DNA from: a virus
Lineage: Duplodnaviria; Caudoviricetes
Reading direction: 5' to 3' (one strand)
IMG/VR virus record: IMGVR_UViG_3300038393_000502
Location: 1 to 43,377 of that record
DNA: 43,377 nt
The notes beneath the pieces are model-generated. The model saw nothing but the letters and a program-made list of their open reading frames with translations. It did not search any database and was not told where the DNA came from. Position 1 is the first letter of the stretch. Every line of letters begins with the position of its first letter. A program made the translations under genes and the position numbers. Of the stretch, positions 10,601 to 18,871 are shown one piece after another.

Positions 10601-11002
10601 CAGGGAATCGCCGAAGCTCGGCGGCTGTGCGATTGGCGCGGGCGCCGGCAGCGACTTCGCAGCCTGTTCGACAGCCGCCAGCGGCGCGACGTCGTCGTGC
10701 GACTTGGCCGCGTTATCAGGATCGGTCATATACTTGGCCAGCGTCGGGTAGTCGCTGACCATCTGGTCGGCATCCATCGACTTGAGCGCCGCCTGCTGCT
10801 TGATCACGTCCGGCTGGGCCTGCACGGTCTCGACCGGCACGCCCACGTACTTGGCCAGGTGCTGGTACTGCGCCGCCTGGTCGGGATTTTGCCCGACCGC
10901 GAACTGCATATTGTTGCGAATCTGGACGGACGTATTCTGAGCGTCGTCGTGCATGACGGCCGCCGCGGCGTCGTCGAAAGGGTTTGCTGCGTTATTTGGC
11001 AT
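4646..11002 (-). CDS. Large internal virion/DNA-ejection protein (2118 aa), polyvalent-type, with LPD3/BECR-like insert and HExxH motif
   Basis: Third of the three ejection-protein slots; mostly helical and Ala-rich; TFLHESGHFFLE; compact alpha/beta insert at ~8760..9160. Confidence 0.8.
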   Translation of the reverse strand: MPNNAANPFDDAAAAVMHDDAQNTSVQIRNNMQFAVGQNPDQAAQYQHLAKYVGVPVETVQAQPDVIKQQAALKSMDADQMVSDYPTLAKYMTDPDNAAKSHDDVAPLAAVEQAAKSLPAPAPIAQPPSFGDSLARLPMDLMKGLGGSFNKAATSTNIVLGAFPTLYDKAASLITGKQTTAAEDAWFRNMVDPRVNAAPSFEVGKDAPFLSKAFHSVGDLIGTLSQIVLTGGGGEAAPVADTTAQVVGNQMAHGAKAMAFPAITSAVETGRQVYAATGDAQQAMRAAQMQYVTSTGAGVVPLSAPGALGARLAGGFVSGVASGETSRNAMNLVLPTSMQQSFDPEQMILSGLTGALLGGVMGPRAEPSYHDALRQTYTDASKAEASEKGMTALQALSELASSSKTRDRDPGAFKEFVRSATEDGQLQEIYVDANKLAEVLNQSGVDINALAKTMPDVAAQFPAAVQTNGDIRIPVEDYATHIAGGKIDAALLPHLKVEPDGFTYQQGQDYFQKQQADMQAQAEKILAVKQADDAAAAEGQAVHDKVLDQLNANGRFRPDVNNAYAALTRDFYLTMAARTGLTPAELYERYPLKVTSDALGGGGLAQEPPAPLAQLGGEEIAPADADIKSIRTAVKSYYADNLADSTVMHPDLGEIRFTKRGLNKAVSTSANPMKLRLFPAIPELLKSGELVRTQENRNIDTHQNILRYHWVRGEVMLDGKPVTVETTVEEHRDGKLYYNHTLPGKEYFQREGAQAQNPSIPGVASQTERASISGEHPSEGIDSGPSEPSVAPNTDELNLRILEQGQDSARGSFDPVNNTISLLKGADLSTFLHESGHFFLETMHDMARAPDAPEGVRADFDTLLKSFGVQGDTAEQRLENWSSKALDEKRDGHEQFARGFEAYLMEGKAPTLELQNLFARFRSWLVNIYKSLSNLHVELSDEVRGVMDRLLATDEAIRYTEQARGYLPLPKPADVSAEQFAAYQALGKEATDQATADLGARSLRDMQWASNAKSKAMRALQKQADAQRKAIRDEVTKEVMESPVRQAEAYLKRPGGTDPAPAAEGKAWGAERDSQRAKLIEEVKTEYLAKPEAEGAKGLKKGQYLAKNKRAIENEAERRLLDWEQDNPRPARPKVDNDIVAEMFGFADGKELKDAIAAAGKVKDEIDGLTDQRMLERHGDLVDPVSIERAAEAAVHNETRARFMATGLKMLSKSPIPARQLAEAAQAAADAAIAAKLVRDLRPAQHAAEEARANRDAIKLAPKDPQGAVQAQRAALLNNRLFKAATDAVAEVQKGVAYLKKFDKPAVREKIALEYRDQIDALLDRFDLRKSTTLTALDMRESLLAFVERMAAQGLEPQVPEALLNEARTQHFKDMTVEEFRGLVDAVKSIDHLGRKAQLVADGDEMREIAALAEEARAAMAELPQRAPESNRGLTRLESKWLSVKSAGRSMQAALLKMEQMMDWLDNRNPNGVLNRVVFRRIADAGVHEADLQGKIKAGIDELLHSKLADVTREKGKIYVAPGLIDGLTGKPQRFTKKEMLALAGNMGNDSNLAKLLAGEKWSETAVWSFLHENMSKADWDFVAGLGKTLESLWPEKLAMSRRLGNTNPEKIAPRPFETPHGRYDGWYWPMVYDPARAQDVAERGAKAGDSLFENIYTRANTDTGRMTTRNENYARPLLLSLDVIPRVIKDEIHDIAYREAIMDADKILSHPVMREAITDALSPEHYAQLRPWLQSIANDRKVDMQALKWFDQVAHGARTRATIVGLGYRLSTMLVHGSSAALESVAEVGPGWFAKGLADFANPRNWAANRDFVFERSGEMRNRMNEVDRDVREHLREIDLRLMDTTTGALARGTDLMKAHAYQGIAMLDMASALPTWMAAYHKAMAPEAQGGKGLSEQDAVYFADKTVRNAHGGTGVKDLAAVQRGPEFFKLFTMFYTFWNHNINRLMDTGRMAMDGDTWRDSGKASTVIMRFLIYTLGVQAMHGMLHPKQDDEGETNWLAWAAEELGSAAFAGIPILRDLAAHYITGKDYSATPAAGMVDAIGNSGVDAANALTGQETSPKALKHTVTTAGYVFGLPLGQPASSVQFLWDVTQGKQDPQDLADWWRGVVHGDMSKH

Positions 11003-13130
11003 TCTTGGCGGTCCAGTAGGTGCGCAGGATCTGGTCGTCGGTTGGGCGCGTGTTCCCGCGCGCGGCGAGCGCGGTGCGGATGGCGGTCAGGGACTCGCTC
11101 GGGATGTCGCCCACCTTCAGGCCCATGAGCGGGGCTTGCGAGGTGCCCGTCGTCGCACCCAGGAACGTGCTGCGGAACGTGACGTTGCGCGCCATGGTCT
11201 GGTCGACGTAGTCGCTCACCTCCTGGGCGGTCATCTTGCGACCGAGCTGCTTCTGCTGCGCGAAGATGCCGTCGGTGACGAACTTCTGGATCGAGCCCAC
11301 CCGCGCCTTCTCGTTCAGGTCCTTCGGCGCCGGATTGATGCCGATCGCCTCGAGGCGACTGTTCAGCGCGGTGTTAAGCGCGGGGCGATTGATGCTGCCC
11401 GAGCCGTTGCTGTCGTTGCCGTCGATCTCGGACTGGCGCAGCGCGGCGATGTGCTTGCCGTCGTCCGGGCTGAAGTTGGTCGTGACGAAGTGGTTGAACA
11501 CGGACTGCGGCATTTTCGCCAGCTCGTCAGTATTGGCCACGGCGTCCAGATAGGCCGCCATGTTCGTGGTCGTGTTGCCGGTGGCAATCTTCTTGCCGAA
11601 GTCCATCAGGTTGTCGTACTTGTCCGGGGCGTTTTGCGTCACCGCACTGACCAGGTCGGGCGGCAGCGCGGCCATGTTGCCGCCATTCTTTACGAGCCAC
11701 AGCTGCGCGGCCAGAACGGCATTTTCGCCTTTCGTCTTGCGGTCATTCTGGAAGTCCGTGTACATGCGAGTGCCCTCGGCCAGCGCGGCCTGCAGCAGCT
11801 TCGGGTCGGCGCTCGGGCCGAGCTGGGCGCGGATCGCATCGTGCACATCCTGCTGCGAGGGCATCGGGGCCGTCGTGCCCTTCTGCAGTGCGGCCGTGTT
11901 TCGGGCCACGTAGTCTTGCGTTTCCTTCGGCATCGCCGCCAGCCAGTCACCGCCCGACTTCTTCGCCGCCGCGACGGCGTCATCCACTCTGCCCGGGCCC
12001 GCGTTGTACGCCGCCCATGCCTTCGCCATGTCTCCACCATAGTTCTTGACCATGGCGAGCATGTAGTCGCGCCCGACGCGCGAACGCTCCTCGGGGCTGT
12101 CGTCCTTCGCCGGCGTCACGCCGTACCCAGGGTTTCCGTTGGTGGCGTCCATCACCTGCATGTCGCCCTTTGCCGTCCCCTGACCTGGGATGAAGCGGCC
12201 CTGGGCGTCGCGGTTGCCGCCGCTCTCGGCCTGCGCGGTGATTTGCAGAACCCGGTCGACGTCCGTCGGCGCAAGCTTCGACTGCAGGGACTGCATCGCG
12301 GTCTGGGCCGTGGCGGTGGCCGTCCGCGCGCGCACGTCGGCCTTGACAATGCCGTTCGCCTTGAGCAGATCGTCGGCCGTCATCTCGTCCTTCTTTGAAT
12401 TGATATACGCGAGCGCGTACGCCGGGTTGTTATTGTCGAGCGCGGCCTGGATCACGCCCGAGTGGATGGCGCTGGTCGTGTCCTTGATCTTGGCCTCGAT
12501 CAGGTTGGCCGGCTCCCCATTGATCTGGCCAGCCTTCCACACGGCGGCGCTCGCGCTGTGCACCTGCGCGGCGATCTGGTCTGGGTCGTCCCAGTTCTGC
12601 TTCGCCGCGTCGGCAGCCAGTCGGATCGTGCCCTGCTGGGTCTCCAGGCCGAAGGTGCGGAACTCCTGCAGCATGTGCTGCTGGACGGCGCCGCCGAACT
12701 GGGTCGCCAGCGCGGCGGCCTGCTCGCCGAACACGCGGCGCTGCGCGTCATTGCCCAGCGCCTGGGCCTGTTGGTTGATCGTGTCCTGCAGCTGCTCACC
12801 GTACTGCTGCGGCAGCGAGCGGCCGAGCGGATCCGGCTGGAGCGCCGCCGGCCCCTTCTTGTTCAGGTAGCCGTTGTCCGGGTCGTAGGTCAACGCCTGC
12901 TGCTGCTGGCGCACCTGGTTGAGTGCGGCGTCGACGCGCACCTGGTTGGCCAGCGCCTGCGCGTTGACCTCCTCCTGGGTGAGCTGCGCCCCGGCGTCCT
13001 GCAGGGCCGCGCCGGCCGCGCCCTGTTGGCGCGCGCTGTCCAGGATGTCGACCCCGGCCGGCTGACGGTATGGTGCCGGCGCGCCCTGCGGGAGAACCTG
13101 CGGCGTGTCATAAGTTGGAACTCTCGGCAT
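10992..13130 (-). CDS. Internal virion protein with lytic transglycosylase (SLT) domain
   Basis: QAESGG...AKGDMQVM...AWAAYNAGPGRV...PKETQDYV SLT motifs. Confidence 0.87.
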   Translation of the reverse strand: MPRVPTYDTPQVLPQGAPAPYRQPAGVDILDSARQQGAAGAALQDAGAQLTQEEVNAQALANQVRVDAALNQVRQQQQALTYDPDNGYLNKKGPAALQPDPLGRSLPQQYGEQLQDTINQQAQALGNDAQRRVFGEQAAALATQFGGAVQQHMLQEFRTFGLETQQGTIRLAADAAKQNWDDPDQIAAQVHSASAAVWKAGQINGEPANLIEAKIKDTTSAIHSGVIQAALDNNNPAYALAYINSKKDEMTADDLLKANGIVKADVRARTATATAQTAMQSLQSKLAPTDVDRVLQITAQAESGGNRDAQGRFIPGQGTAKGDMQVMDATNGNPGYGVTPAKDDSPEERSRVGRDYMLAMVKNYGGDMAKAWAAYNAGPGRVDDAVAAAKKSGGDWLAAMPKETQDYVARNTAALQKGTTAPMPSQQDVHDAIRAQLGPSADPKLLQAALAEGTRMYTDFQNDRKTKGENAVLAAQLWLVKNGGNMAALPPDLVSAVTQNAPDKYDNLMDFGKKIATGNTTTNMAAYLDAVANTDELAKMPQSVFNHFVTTNFSPDDGKHIAALRQSEIDGNDSNGSGSINRPALNTALNSRLEAIGINPAPKDLNEKARVGSIQKFVTDGIFAQQKQLGRKMTAQEVSDYVDQTMARNVTFRSTFLGATTGTSQAPLMGLKVGDIPSESLTAIRTALAARGNTRPTDDQILRTYWTAKNAK

Positions 13131-13684
13131 CAGCTACCCCACATGTTCGAGAACTTCGACTTCACCGTCGTGCCGAAGTCCGCTGTGCCGTTGACCTTAG
13201 CCTTTGCGTCCCACACCGAGGACACGCGCGTGGCGCCGGTTAGGAGCGACGTGGCGCCCGCAGTCCAGGGGCTGATCGTGCTTGCCTCGTTCTCCTCGCG
13301 ATTCGCATCGGTGAGGAAGTTCTGCTGCTGAGTGCGGTACCCCCACGCCAGCATCATGGCGTTGTCGTGGATCTGCAGTGCGTCCCGCGTGCCCATGTAC
13401 TTCGTGGTGGTCAACACGTCGTTGGGGCTCCCTTCGCCCAGGTCGACGCCATTGGCAGCCATCGCTGCACGTTGTGCGCCAAGCGTCTGCCCGGTCTTCA
13501 GGTCCTGAATGCCCTCAGCCGTCTGCCCGTTGCGGATGGCGTCCGCGGCCTGGTCACCCGCCAGCCCCGCATTCATGCGCGCGGCCGAAGCCTGGTACTG
13601 AAGGGACGCGCGCTGGCCCTGCGCCTGCTGGTACGCGCTCCCTGCTGACATCATTGCGCCGGCGGCCGATGCCCCAATGCCCAT
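13130..13684 (-). CDS. Small internal virion (ejection) protein
   Basis: ATG 13684 with AAAGGAG RBS; Ala/Gly/Gln-rich; QRAAMAANGVDL..GSP motif. Confidence 0.8.
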   Translation of the reverse strand: MGIGASAAGAMMSAGSAYQQAQGQRASLQYQASAARMNAGLAGDQAADAIRNGQTAEGIQDLKTGQTLGAQRAAMAANGVDLGEGSPNDVLTTTKYMGTRDALQIHDNAMMLAWGYRTQQQNFLTDANREENEASTISPWTAGATSLLTGATRVSSVWDAKAKVNGTADFGTTVKSKFSNMWGS

Positions 13685-13708
13685 AGATCGATCTCCTTTG
13701 ACCGCGCC

Positions 13709-13741
13709 AGTGTGCACGGCAAGGAGGCCGACACGTACACT
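13709..13741 (-). promoter_or_regulatory. Putative late promoter 4 (ejection proteins)
   Basis: AGTGTACGT-N18-CACACT. Confidence 0.65.
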
Positions 13742-16017
13742 CAGCCGCCGGCGGCGACGTCCATCGAGATACAGACGATCGTCAACGGTAGCGGATCGGA
13801 CTGGCGCACGCACACGGCGCCGTCGTCGCCCCATGACGGGGTGACCGCCACCGAGACCTCGCCAGACTTGAGCGCGGGCGGCGCGCCGTAGGCTTCTGTC
13901 GTCCGCTCCTTCACTTCGATCAGCTTGTCGAAGGAGGGGCCGGCGAAGATGCCGCTCGAGCGGTTCACCCGCAGCCAGACCTTGTTGACGTTCTTCGGCT
14001 TGCCGATGCCGGCGGCGGCGTCCAGGGCCAGCAGCGCGACTGGAAGGCTTTGCACGTCGGCCTCGATCGGCAGACCCACCTGCACGGTGCTGGCCGAGTT
14101 GTCGAGCGTGATCGCGCCGCCACGGACCACCTGGCGCGGCTGAACGGCGCCGTCGGCCAGGATCGCCACGGATTGCCCTTCGAGCCACCCCAGGCCCGCC
14201 ACGATCGAGGTCGCGGCCCCGCTGTAGGTGGCGCCGCAGTCAACGAAGAAGGCATCGTCGGGACGGACGAAGTTCCGCGTATGCATCCGCTCGACGAATC
14301 GCTTCTGCGCCCCGTTGATGGTACGGTTGACTATCACGTACAGCATGTCCTCCGCAGACACCTGCCCTGCGGGCGTCTCCGTTACCGCGCAGACGGACTC
14401 GAAGGAGCCGTTGGCCGTGTCGTGGCGATGCCACGCGGCGATCTGTTGTTCAGCCACGTACGTCATGCCGAGCAGCTGGCCGCTAGTGCTCACGGTCCAG
14501 AGAACAGGGTATGGGGCCCGGCAGAACGCCATGTCGACGATGTTCTGGTAGTCGAACAGGTGCGGTGCCATGATGCTGATGTCGTTGGCCAGATAGCCGC
14601 CGGCCTGCCAGCTGTACGCCATTTCGCGGATCCGGCCGCCGCGCGCCTGCGCGAACAGAATAGAGTTGCCGACCAGGACCGGTGTCACGTTACTGCAACC
14701 GATCGAAGACTGAGGTTTCGGATTAATCGACGACGGGGTCAGGATGTCGCCTTGCGGGTTCATCCGGTACTCGCAAGCCGGGGTGAGCAACACCATGCTC
14801 GCCACCGGTACGATGTGTCGGATCGCGCTGGCCTCGCGCGCGGCGATCCTGAAAGCCACGCGGTTGTCGTCGCGCGTCGGGATCGAATACGACATGTTCG
14901 ACTCGGTACCGCTCTTCGTGCCCCACATGTTCTGCGGCTTGTTTATCGTGCCGCCGAACCAACGCCGCTGTTCGAAGTAGGACACCGCGCCGGGGTAATT
15001 CCCTGGCGCGTCGTTGAACCCGGTGTCGTTCATCGGCGGCGTGGTCGATACGTCAGCCGTGATGTTGTCGTCGACGAAGCTGAGGCCGCTGCACTGGCCG
15101 ATGAATCCATACAACCCGTTGGCCAGTTTGTAGACGTTATACCGCACGACGTCGCCGGTTACCGGTGCCGTCCAAGTGATCGTGTTGTAGTGCCCAGCAA
15201 GGGACAGATCGTTGGCCACGGGCGCGCACGGGGCGGATGCAATCGTTTCTTCGAGGTTGGCGGAATTGATAGCGGTCACCACGTACTGATTTTCCGGTGC
15301 CGCGGCGGTGCTCGTCGTGGTTGTGGTCGTAGTGGTCGTGGTGGTCCCGGCCGGCTCGGTGTACGTCGTGTTCGTTGTGCTTGAGTCCGTTCCTGACGTA
15401 GTAGTCGTGCCTGAGGTCGAGTCGCTGGTGCCCGAGGTAGTGGCGGCCGACGTCGTGACCTTATCCGCCGCCAACACCCGCACCATCTGGGTCGTCGTTC
15501 CGGTTGTCGTCGAGGTGGCGGTCGCCTCCACTGCGGTGGGGACATTGGTCGGCGCCTGGAACGTTGGCGCCGTCAACTGCCAGTTTGCCGCACCGAGGCG
15601 GCGCAGTTCCTGCACGGGGTAGTTCGGGTGCACCAGCGTCATGACGTCCGCGGACTGCACGTAATGGATGTCGAACAGATCTGCCTCAGCGTACGGGTTC
15701 GCGACCTCGTACGGTACGCCGCCAGACAACAGCACCGCGCCCTGGGTGTGGAAACGGAAATAGCCGGCGCCGAGCTCGATCGCCATCGTCTGATCCACCG
15801 AGTAGGCAAAGGGGATGACTCGCGTACGCGCCGCGCTGTTTTTCACCTCGTGCACGAATTCGGTTCCCGGGCGGTTCGCCGCGGGGCCGTGCGGCAGCAC
15901 GACGAAGTTGCGACAGGTGGCCAGACCCGACTGGAACTTGGCCAGGTCGAGACGGCCAAACAGTTCAGGGGTGATCTCTCCGGACGAGAACGACCGGGCA
16001 AGGGTCCGTTGGCTCAT
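13741..16017 (-). CDS. Tail nozzle / tail tubular protein B
   Basis: RSFSSGEITP...RNFVVLPHGPA.NRPGT; YVQSADVMTLVH; YFEQRRWFGG; AWHRH; position after the adaptor. Confidence 0.88.
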   Translation of the reverse strand: MSQRTLARSFSSGEITPELFGRLDLAKFQSGLATCRNFVVLPHGPAANRPGTEFVHEVKNSAARTRVIPFAYSVDQTMAIELGAGYFRFHTQGAVLLSGGVPYEVANPYAEADLFDIHYVQSADVMTLVHPNYPVQELRRLGAANWQLTAPTFQAPTNVPTAVEATATSTTTGTTTQMVRVLAADKVTTSAATTSGTSDSTSGTTTTSGTDSSTTNTTYTEPAGTTTTTTTTTTTSTAAAPENQYVVTAINSANLEETIASAPCAPVANDLSLAGHYNTITWTAPVTGDVVRYNVYKLANGLYGFIGQCSGLSFVDDNITADVSTTPPMNDTGFNDAPGNYPGAVSYFEQRRWFGGTINKPQNMWGTKSGTESNMSYSIPTRDDNRVAFRIAAREASAIRHIVPVASMVLLTPACEYRMNPQGDILTPSSINPKPQSSIGCSNVTPVLVGNSILFAQARGGRIREMAYSWQAGGYLANDISIMAPHLFDYQNIVDMAFCRAPYPVLWTVSTSGQLLGMTYVAEQQIAAWHRHDTANGSFESVCAVTETPAGQVSAEDMLYVIVNRTINGAQKRFVERMHTRNFVRPDDAFFVDCGATYSGAATSIVAGLGWLEGQSVAILADGAVQPRQVVRGGAITLDNSASTVQVGLPIEADVQSLPVALLALDAAAGIGKPKNVNKVWLRVNRSSGIFAGPSFDKLIEVKERTTEAYGAPPALKSGEVSVAVTPSWGDDGAVCVRQSDPLPLTIVCISMDVAAGG

Positions 16018-16685
16018 CGGTTCGCGATCCACGAAGGCGCCTGCACCACCTGCTGGCGCTGCTGGTTGGCGTCGGACTCCTTCGCCTGCTTCAGCCATGC
16101 ATCGGCGCGATCCCCCCAGAGTGCCGCGGCCTTGATGCCGTCGGCGCCTTTCAGCACGGGCCCGGCCAGCATCGACGACAGGCGCATCGCGATGCCCTGC
16201 ACGACCGTCGGAGGGAACTTGCTCGGGTCAGTCACCTGGGCGGCGTAGCGAAGCACGGCATTCGGCTGATTCGTGTACAGCACCGACGTCCCGTCAGCAG
16301 CGATCTCGGTGACAAAAGGCTGCGGCGTGTACGTACCCGGAACGTAAGCCGGCGCGCACCCGTAGCCTGAGAACGTCGGGACGCAGACGCTGTTATCGTC
16401 CATGGCGTCCGGTGCCAGCACCGAGATCAGGTTAAGCGCGTCACCCGGCAGCGCGTATGCGTAGAGCCAGGCGCTGGGGGGCGTCATACTCAAGAGGGCC
16501 AGTGAGACACGGCGCGTGGCGAAGCTCCAGCGGTGCGCGTCCAGCACGAGGTCGCGCGCCATCGGATAGAACCGGGCGCAATGGTCGGCCTGCGCGCTAC
16601 CCTCGGGCGGATCGAGGCTCGCCACGGTGGCGTCGTCGCCGAGGTTGGCGAGCGCGAGATTGCAGATATCGACTTCGCTGGGCAC
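16014..16685 (-). CDS. Tail adaptor / tail tubular protein A
   Basis: SEVDICNLALANLG...HRWSFATRR..L...W.YAYALP.D. Confidence 0.87.
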   Translation of the reverse strand: MPSEVDICNLALANLGDDATVASLDPPEGSAQADHCARFYPMARDLVLDAHRWSFATRRVSLALLSMTPPSAWLYAYALPGDALNLISVLAPDAMDDNSVCVPTFSGYGCAPAYVPGTYTPQPFVTEIAADGTSVLYTNQPNAVLRYAAQVTDPSKFPPTVVQGIAMRLSSMLAGPVLKGADGIKAAALWGDRADAWLKQAKESDANQQRQQVVQAPSWIANR

Positions 16686-16699
16686 TGGCCTATCCTTTC

Positions 16700-16754
16700 A
16701 AAAAGAACGGGGCGCAAGGCCCCGTTCGCAAAACCGCAGGGAGACAGTCTGCGG
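16700..16754 (-). terminator. Two tandem intrinsic terminators after the capsid block
   Basis: Minus strand: CCGCAG-N9-CTGCGG-TTTT then GAACGGGGC-CTTGC-GCCCCGTTC-TTTTT. Confidence 0.8.
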
Positions 16755-16755
16755 G

Positions 16756-17286
16756 TTACACCAAGCTTTCGCCGTCGCCGGCCGGCTTGTCACCCTTCGC
16801 TTTGGTGGCCGGCTTGGCCGTGTCAGCAGCCGGTTGTTGAGCCGCAGGCGCCGCCGGCGCGGCGGCAGGCGCGGCCGGGATCTGGCCGATGTTCGCCAAG
16901 ACGCCGGTCAGCTTCGTCATTGCGTCGGAGAACGCCGCTGCCATCGCGTGATTCTGGGCGACCAATGCGGCCATCTGCGCGTTGTGCTCCGCCTGCTGCT
17001 CAGCGAGCACCTTGGCGAAATCTGCGGCGAACTTCGAAGGGTCGCCCACCGCGCTCTCGCTGAACTGCTGCTTGAGATTGGCGACGCGCTCAGCATTCGA
17101 GCGCAGGTATTCCTGGTAGCGCGCACGACCTTCATCGCAGGTGGGCTCCAGGTTCTCGGAAGGCAGGCCGTCGTATTGGACCTTGGTGCCCGCCTCGTGG
17201 ACGTCGTTGCCGACCAGGGACTTTTCCCGGGTGATGTACCAGACCGGCTCGCGCGGCGCAGCGGCGCTCGTGTCTTCGTTTTGCAT
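16756..17286 (-). CDS. Hypothetical head-associated protein (176 aa)
   Basis: CAGGAG RBS; follows the cement gene; coiled-coil plus Ala/Pro tail. Confidence 0.75.
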   Translation of the reverse strand: MQNEDTSAAAPREPVWYITREKSLVGNDVHEAGTKVQYDGLPSENLEPTCDEGRARYQEYLRSNAERVANLKQQFSESAVGDPSKFAADFAKVLAEQQAEHNAQMAALVAQNHAMAAAFSDAMTKLTGVLANIGQIPAAPAAAPAAPAAQQPAADTAKPATKAKGDKPAGDGESLV

Positions 17287-17307
17287 TGCGTTCTCCTGTG
17301 GAGGAAG

Positions 17308-17327
17308 CCGGGGGCCTCAGCCCCCGG
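17308..17327. other. GC-rich intergenic hairpin (mRNA stability or weak terminator)
   Basis: CCGGGGGC-CTCA-GCCCCCGG, no clear U-tract. Confidence 0.6.
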
Positions 17328-17332
17328 TCGGA

Positions 17333-17827
17333 TTAGAGGACGGCGAAGCCGGACTTGCCGTAGATATTCTGGGTGTCGGCGACGTTGCGGACGATCGCGG
17401 CCGAGAAGCTGCCGCCCGTCAGCGGGCCTGTGCCGATCGTGTAGCGCACGCCGATGTAACGGCGCGGCGCGTACGGTGCGGCGCGGTCCAGGTGCAGCGG
17501 CACCAAGGTGCCTGCGGTCAGCTTCGCGATCGGGATGGCGCCGGTCTGCACGATGGTTTCCACGTTGGTGGTCAGTGCACCGTCGTCGGCCTGAATCAGT
17601 TCGAAGTTCACCGTTGCGCCGCCGGCGGCGGTCGCCGTCTGCAGCACGCTGATGGCGATTTCGAGCGGAGTGCCGCGCCCGAGGTCGCTGGCTTGGTTGC
17701 CGCCCAGGGAGTCCGGGCCGGTGTCGATCGAGTTAGTCGACACTGCCGTGGTGGTAACGGCTTGGCCGGTCAGAGTGCCGCTACCGGAAACCGTGCCGGA
17801 GAGCAGCAAGAATGCGTCGAGGATCAT
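17333..17827 (-). CDS. Capsid cement protein (Bbp16-like)
   Basis: MILD..L start, beta-rich, RRYIGVRYT...GSFSA; directly after the major capsid gene. Confidence 0.82.
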   Translation of the reverse strand: MILDAFLLLSGTVSGSGTLTGQAVTTTAVSTNSIDTGPDSLGGNQASDLGRGTPLEIAISVLQTATAAGGATVNFELIQADDGALTTNVETIVQTGAIPIAKLTAGTLVPLHLDRAAPYAPRRYIGVRYTIGTGPLTGGSFSAAIVRNVADTQNIYGKSGFAVL

Positions 17828-17848
17828 GTGTCTTTTCCTTTCAGCGCG

Positions 17849-18868
17849 TTATACAACGCGCGATTCGGTGTTGAGCAGCTGGTCCACCTTGCGCAGCGGG
17901 ACGCCCAGGAAGCGAGTCAGCTGGTACGGGGTGCCGAACTGAGTCATTGCCTGCTCGATCGACAGCGCCGCGTTCGACTTGTTCAGCGCGGCGACGCGCA
18001 GCATCGAATACACGGTGCGGTTCGCGTAGAAGGCTGGGCGGCCCATGTTCAGATTCGGCACACGGTCCAGCGCGCGGCTCATCAGATTGATGATCTGGGT
18101 CGCCGCGGTCGAAGCCTGGGTGCCGGACTGGCCGGTCAGGTCGGACACGTTGATGTTCGCGATGCGCACCACGTAGCGCCAGTCCTTCACTGCCAGGCCG
18201 TTGTCCCACTGGTACAGCGCTTTGAATGCCTGGTACAGGTTGTTGTTGGCGTCCGGCACATCGCCGATACCCAGGTCCTGGTGTATCAGGCCAGCCTTCG
18301 AGCCTTTCGGATACGGGCAGAACGTGGTGTTTTCACCCCACACGATCAGCCAGATCGAGCAGTTGTTCGTGCCGGTGCCGCCGGCGTCCAGGATGTTGCC
18401 GCCGTTGCCCGCAGTGAGCGAGCTGTAGCGAGTCTGGTAGCCCAGGAAGTCGCGCGGATCGCTGCCCGGATTGCCGTAGAACAGCTTGCCGGCCATGGTC
18501 TGGTTCATCGCTTCGAGGAAGGCCTGGTCTTCCGACAAGCGGAAGTCGGCGCTGTTGCCGTTCAGGTTTGCCAGCTTCACGTCGATATGCGAGCGCGCTT
18601 CGAGCATGCCGCAGGTCTCGTCGATCTGCGCAGTCGTCGATTTCGAGCTCGGGGTGCCCTGGTTGATCAGACGGTAGTAGACCTGGGGCAGGCCGGTGCG
18701 GATGTTCACGCGGTGGCCGGTCGGCAGGTTGCCTTCGATGAAGACCGCGTCTTCCAGGATCTCGTTCGTTTGCGACAGCAGCTCAGCCACCTTGGCCACC
18801 TGGCCGTTCGGGTCCACGCGCTTTGCTGCGTCGGCCAGCGTCAGCTGACCACTTTGAAGTACAGCCAT
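17849..18868 (-). CDS. Major capsid protein (BPP-1 Bbp17/epsilon15 gp7-like)
   Basis: LTLAD..KR.DP.G...ELLSQTNEILED...RTGLP; DWRYVVRIANI; FLGVPLRKVDQLLNTE. Confidence 0.94.
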   Translation of the reverse strand: MAVLQSGQLTLADAAKRVDPNGQVAKVAELLSQTNEILEDAVFIEGNLPTGHRVNIRTGLPQVYYRLINQGTPSSKSTTAQIDETCGMLEARSHIDVKLANLNGNSADFRLSEDQAFLEAMNQTMAGKLFYGNPGSDPRDFLGYQTRYSSLTAGNGGNILDAGGTGTNNCSIWLIVWGENTTFCPYPKGSKAGLIHQDLGIGDVPDANNNLYQAFKALYQWDNGLAVKDWRYVVRIANINVSDLTGQSGTQASTAATQIINLMSRALDRVPNLNMGRPAFYANRTVYSMLRVAALNKSNAALSIEQAMTQFGTPYQLTRFLGVPLRKVDQLLNTESRVV

Positions 18869-18871
18869 GTT

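Noticed and set aside
15358-15366. GGTGTACGT on the plus strand (also CGTGTACGT near 16326)
   Set aside because: Antisense, inside CDSs, and the hexamer 18 nt downstream (GTCCGT; CGCGCA) lacks the A2/T6 pattern; treated as chance matches.
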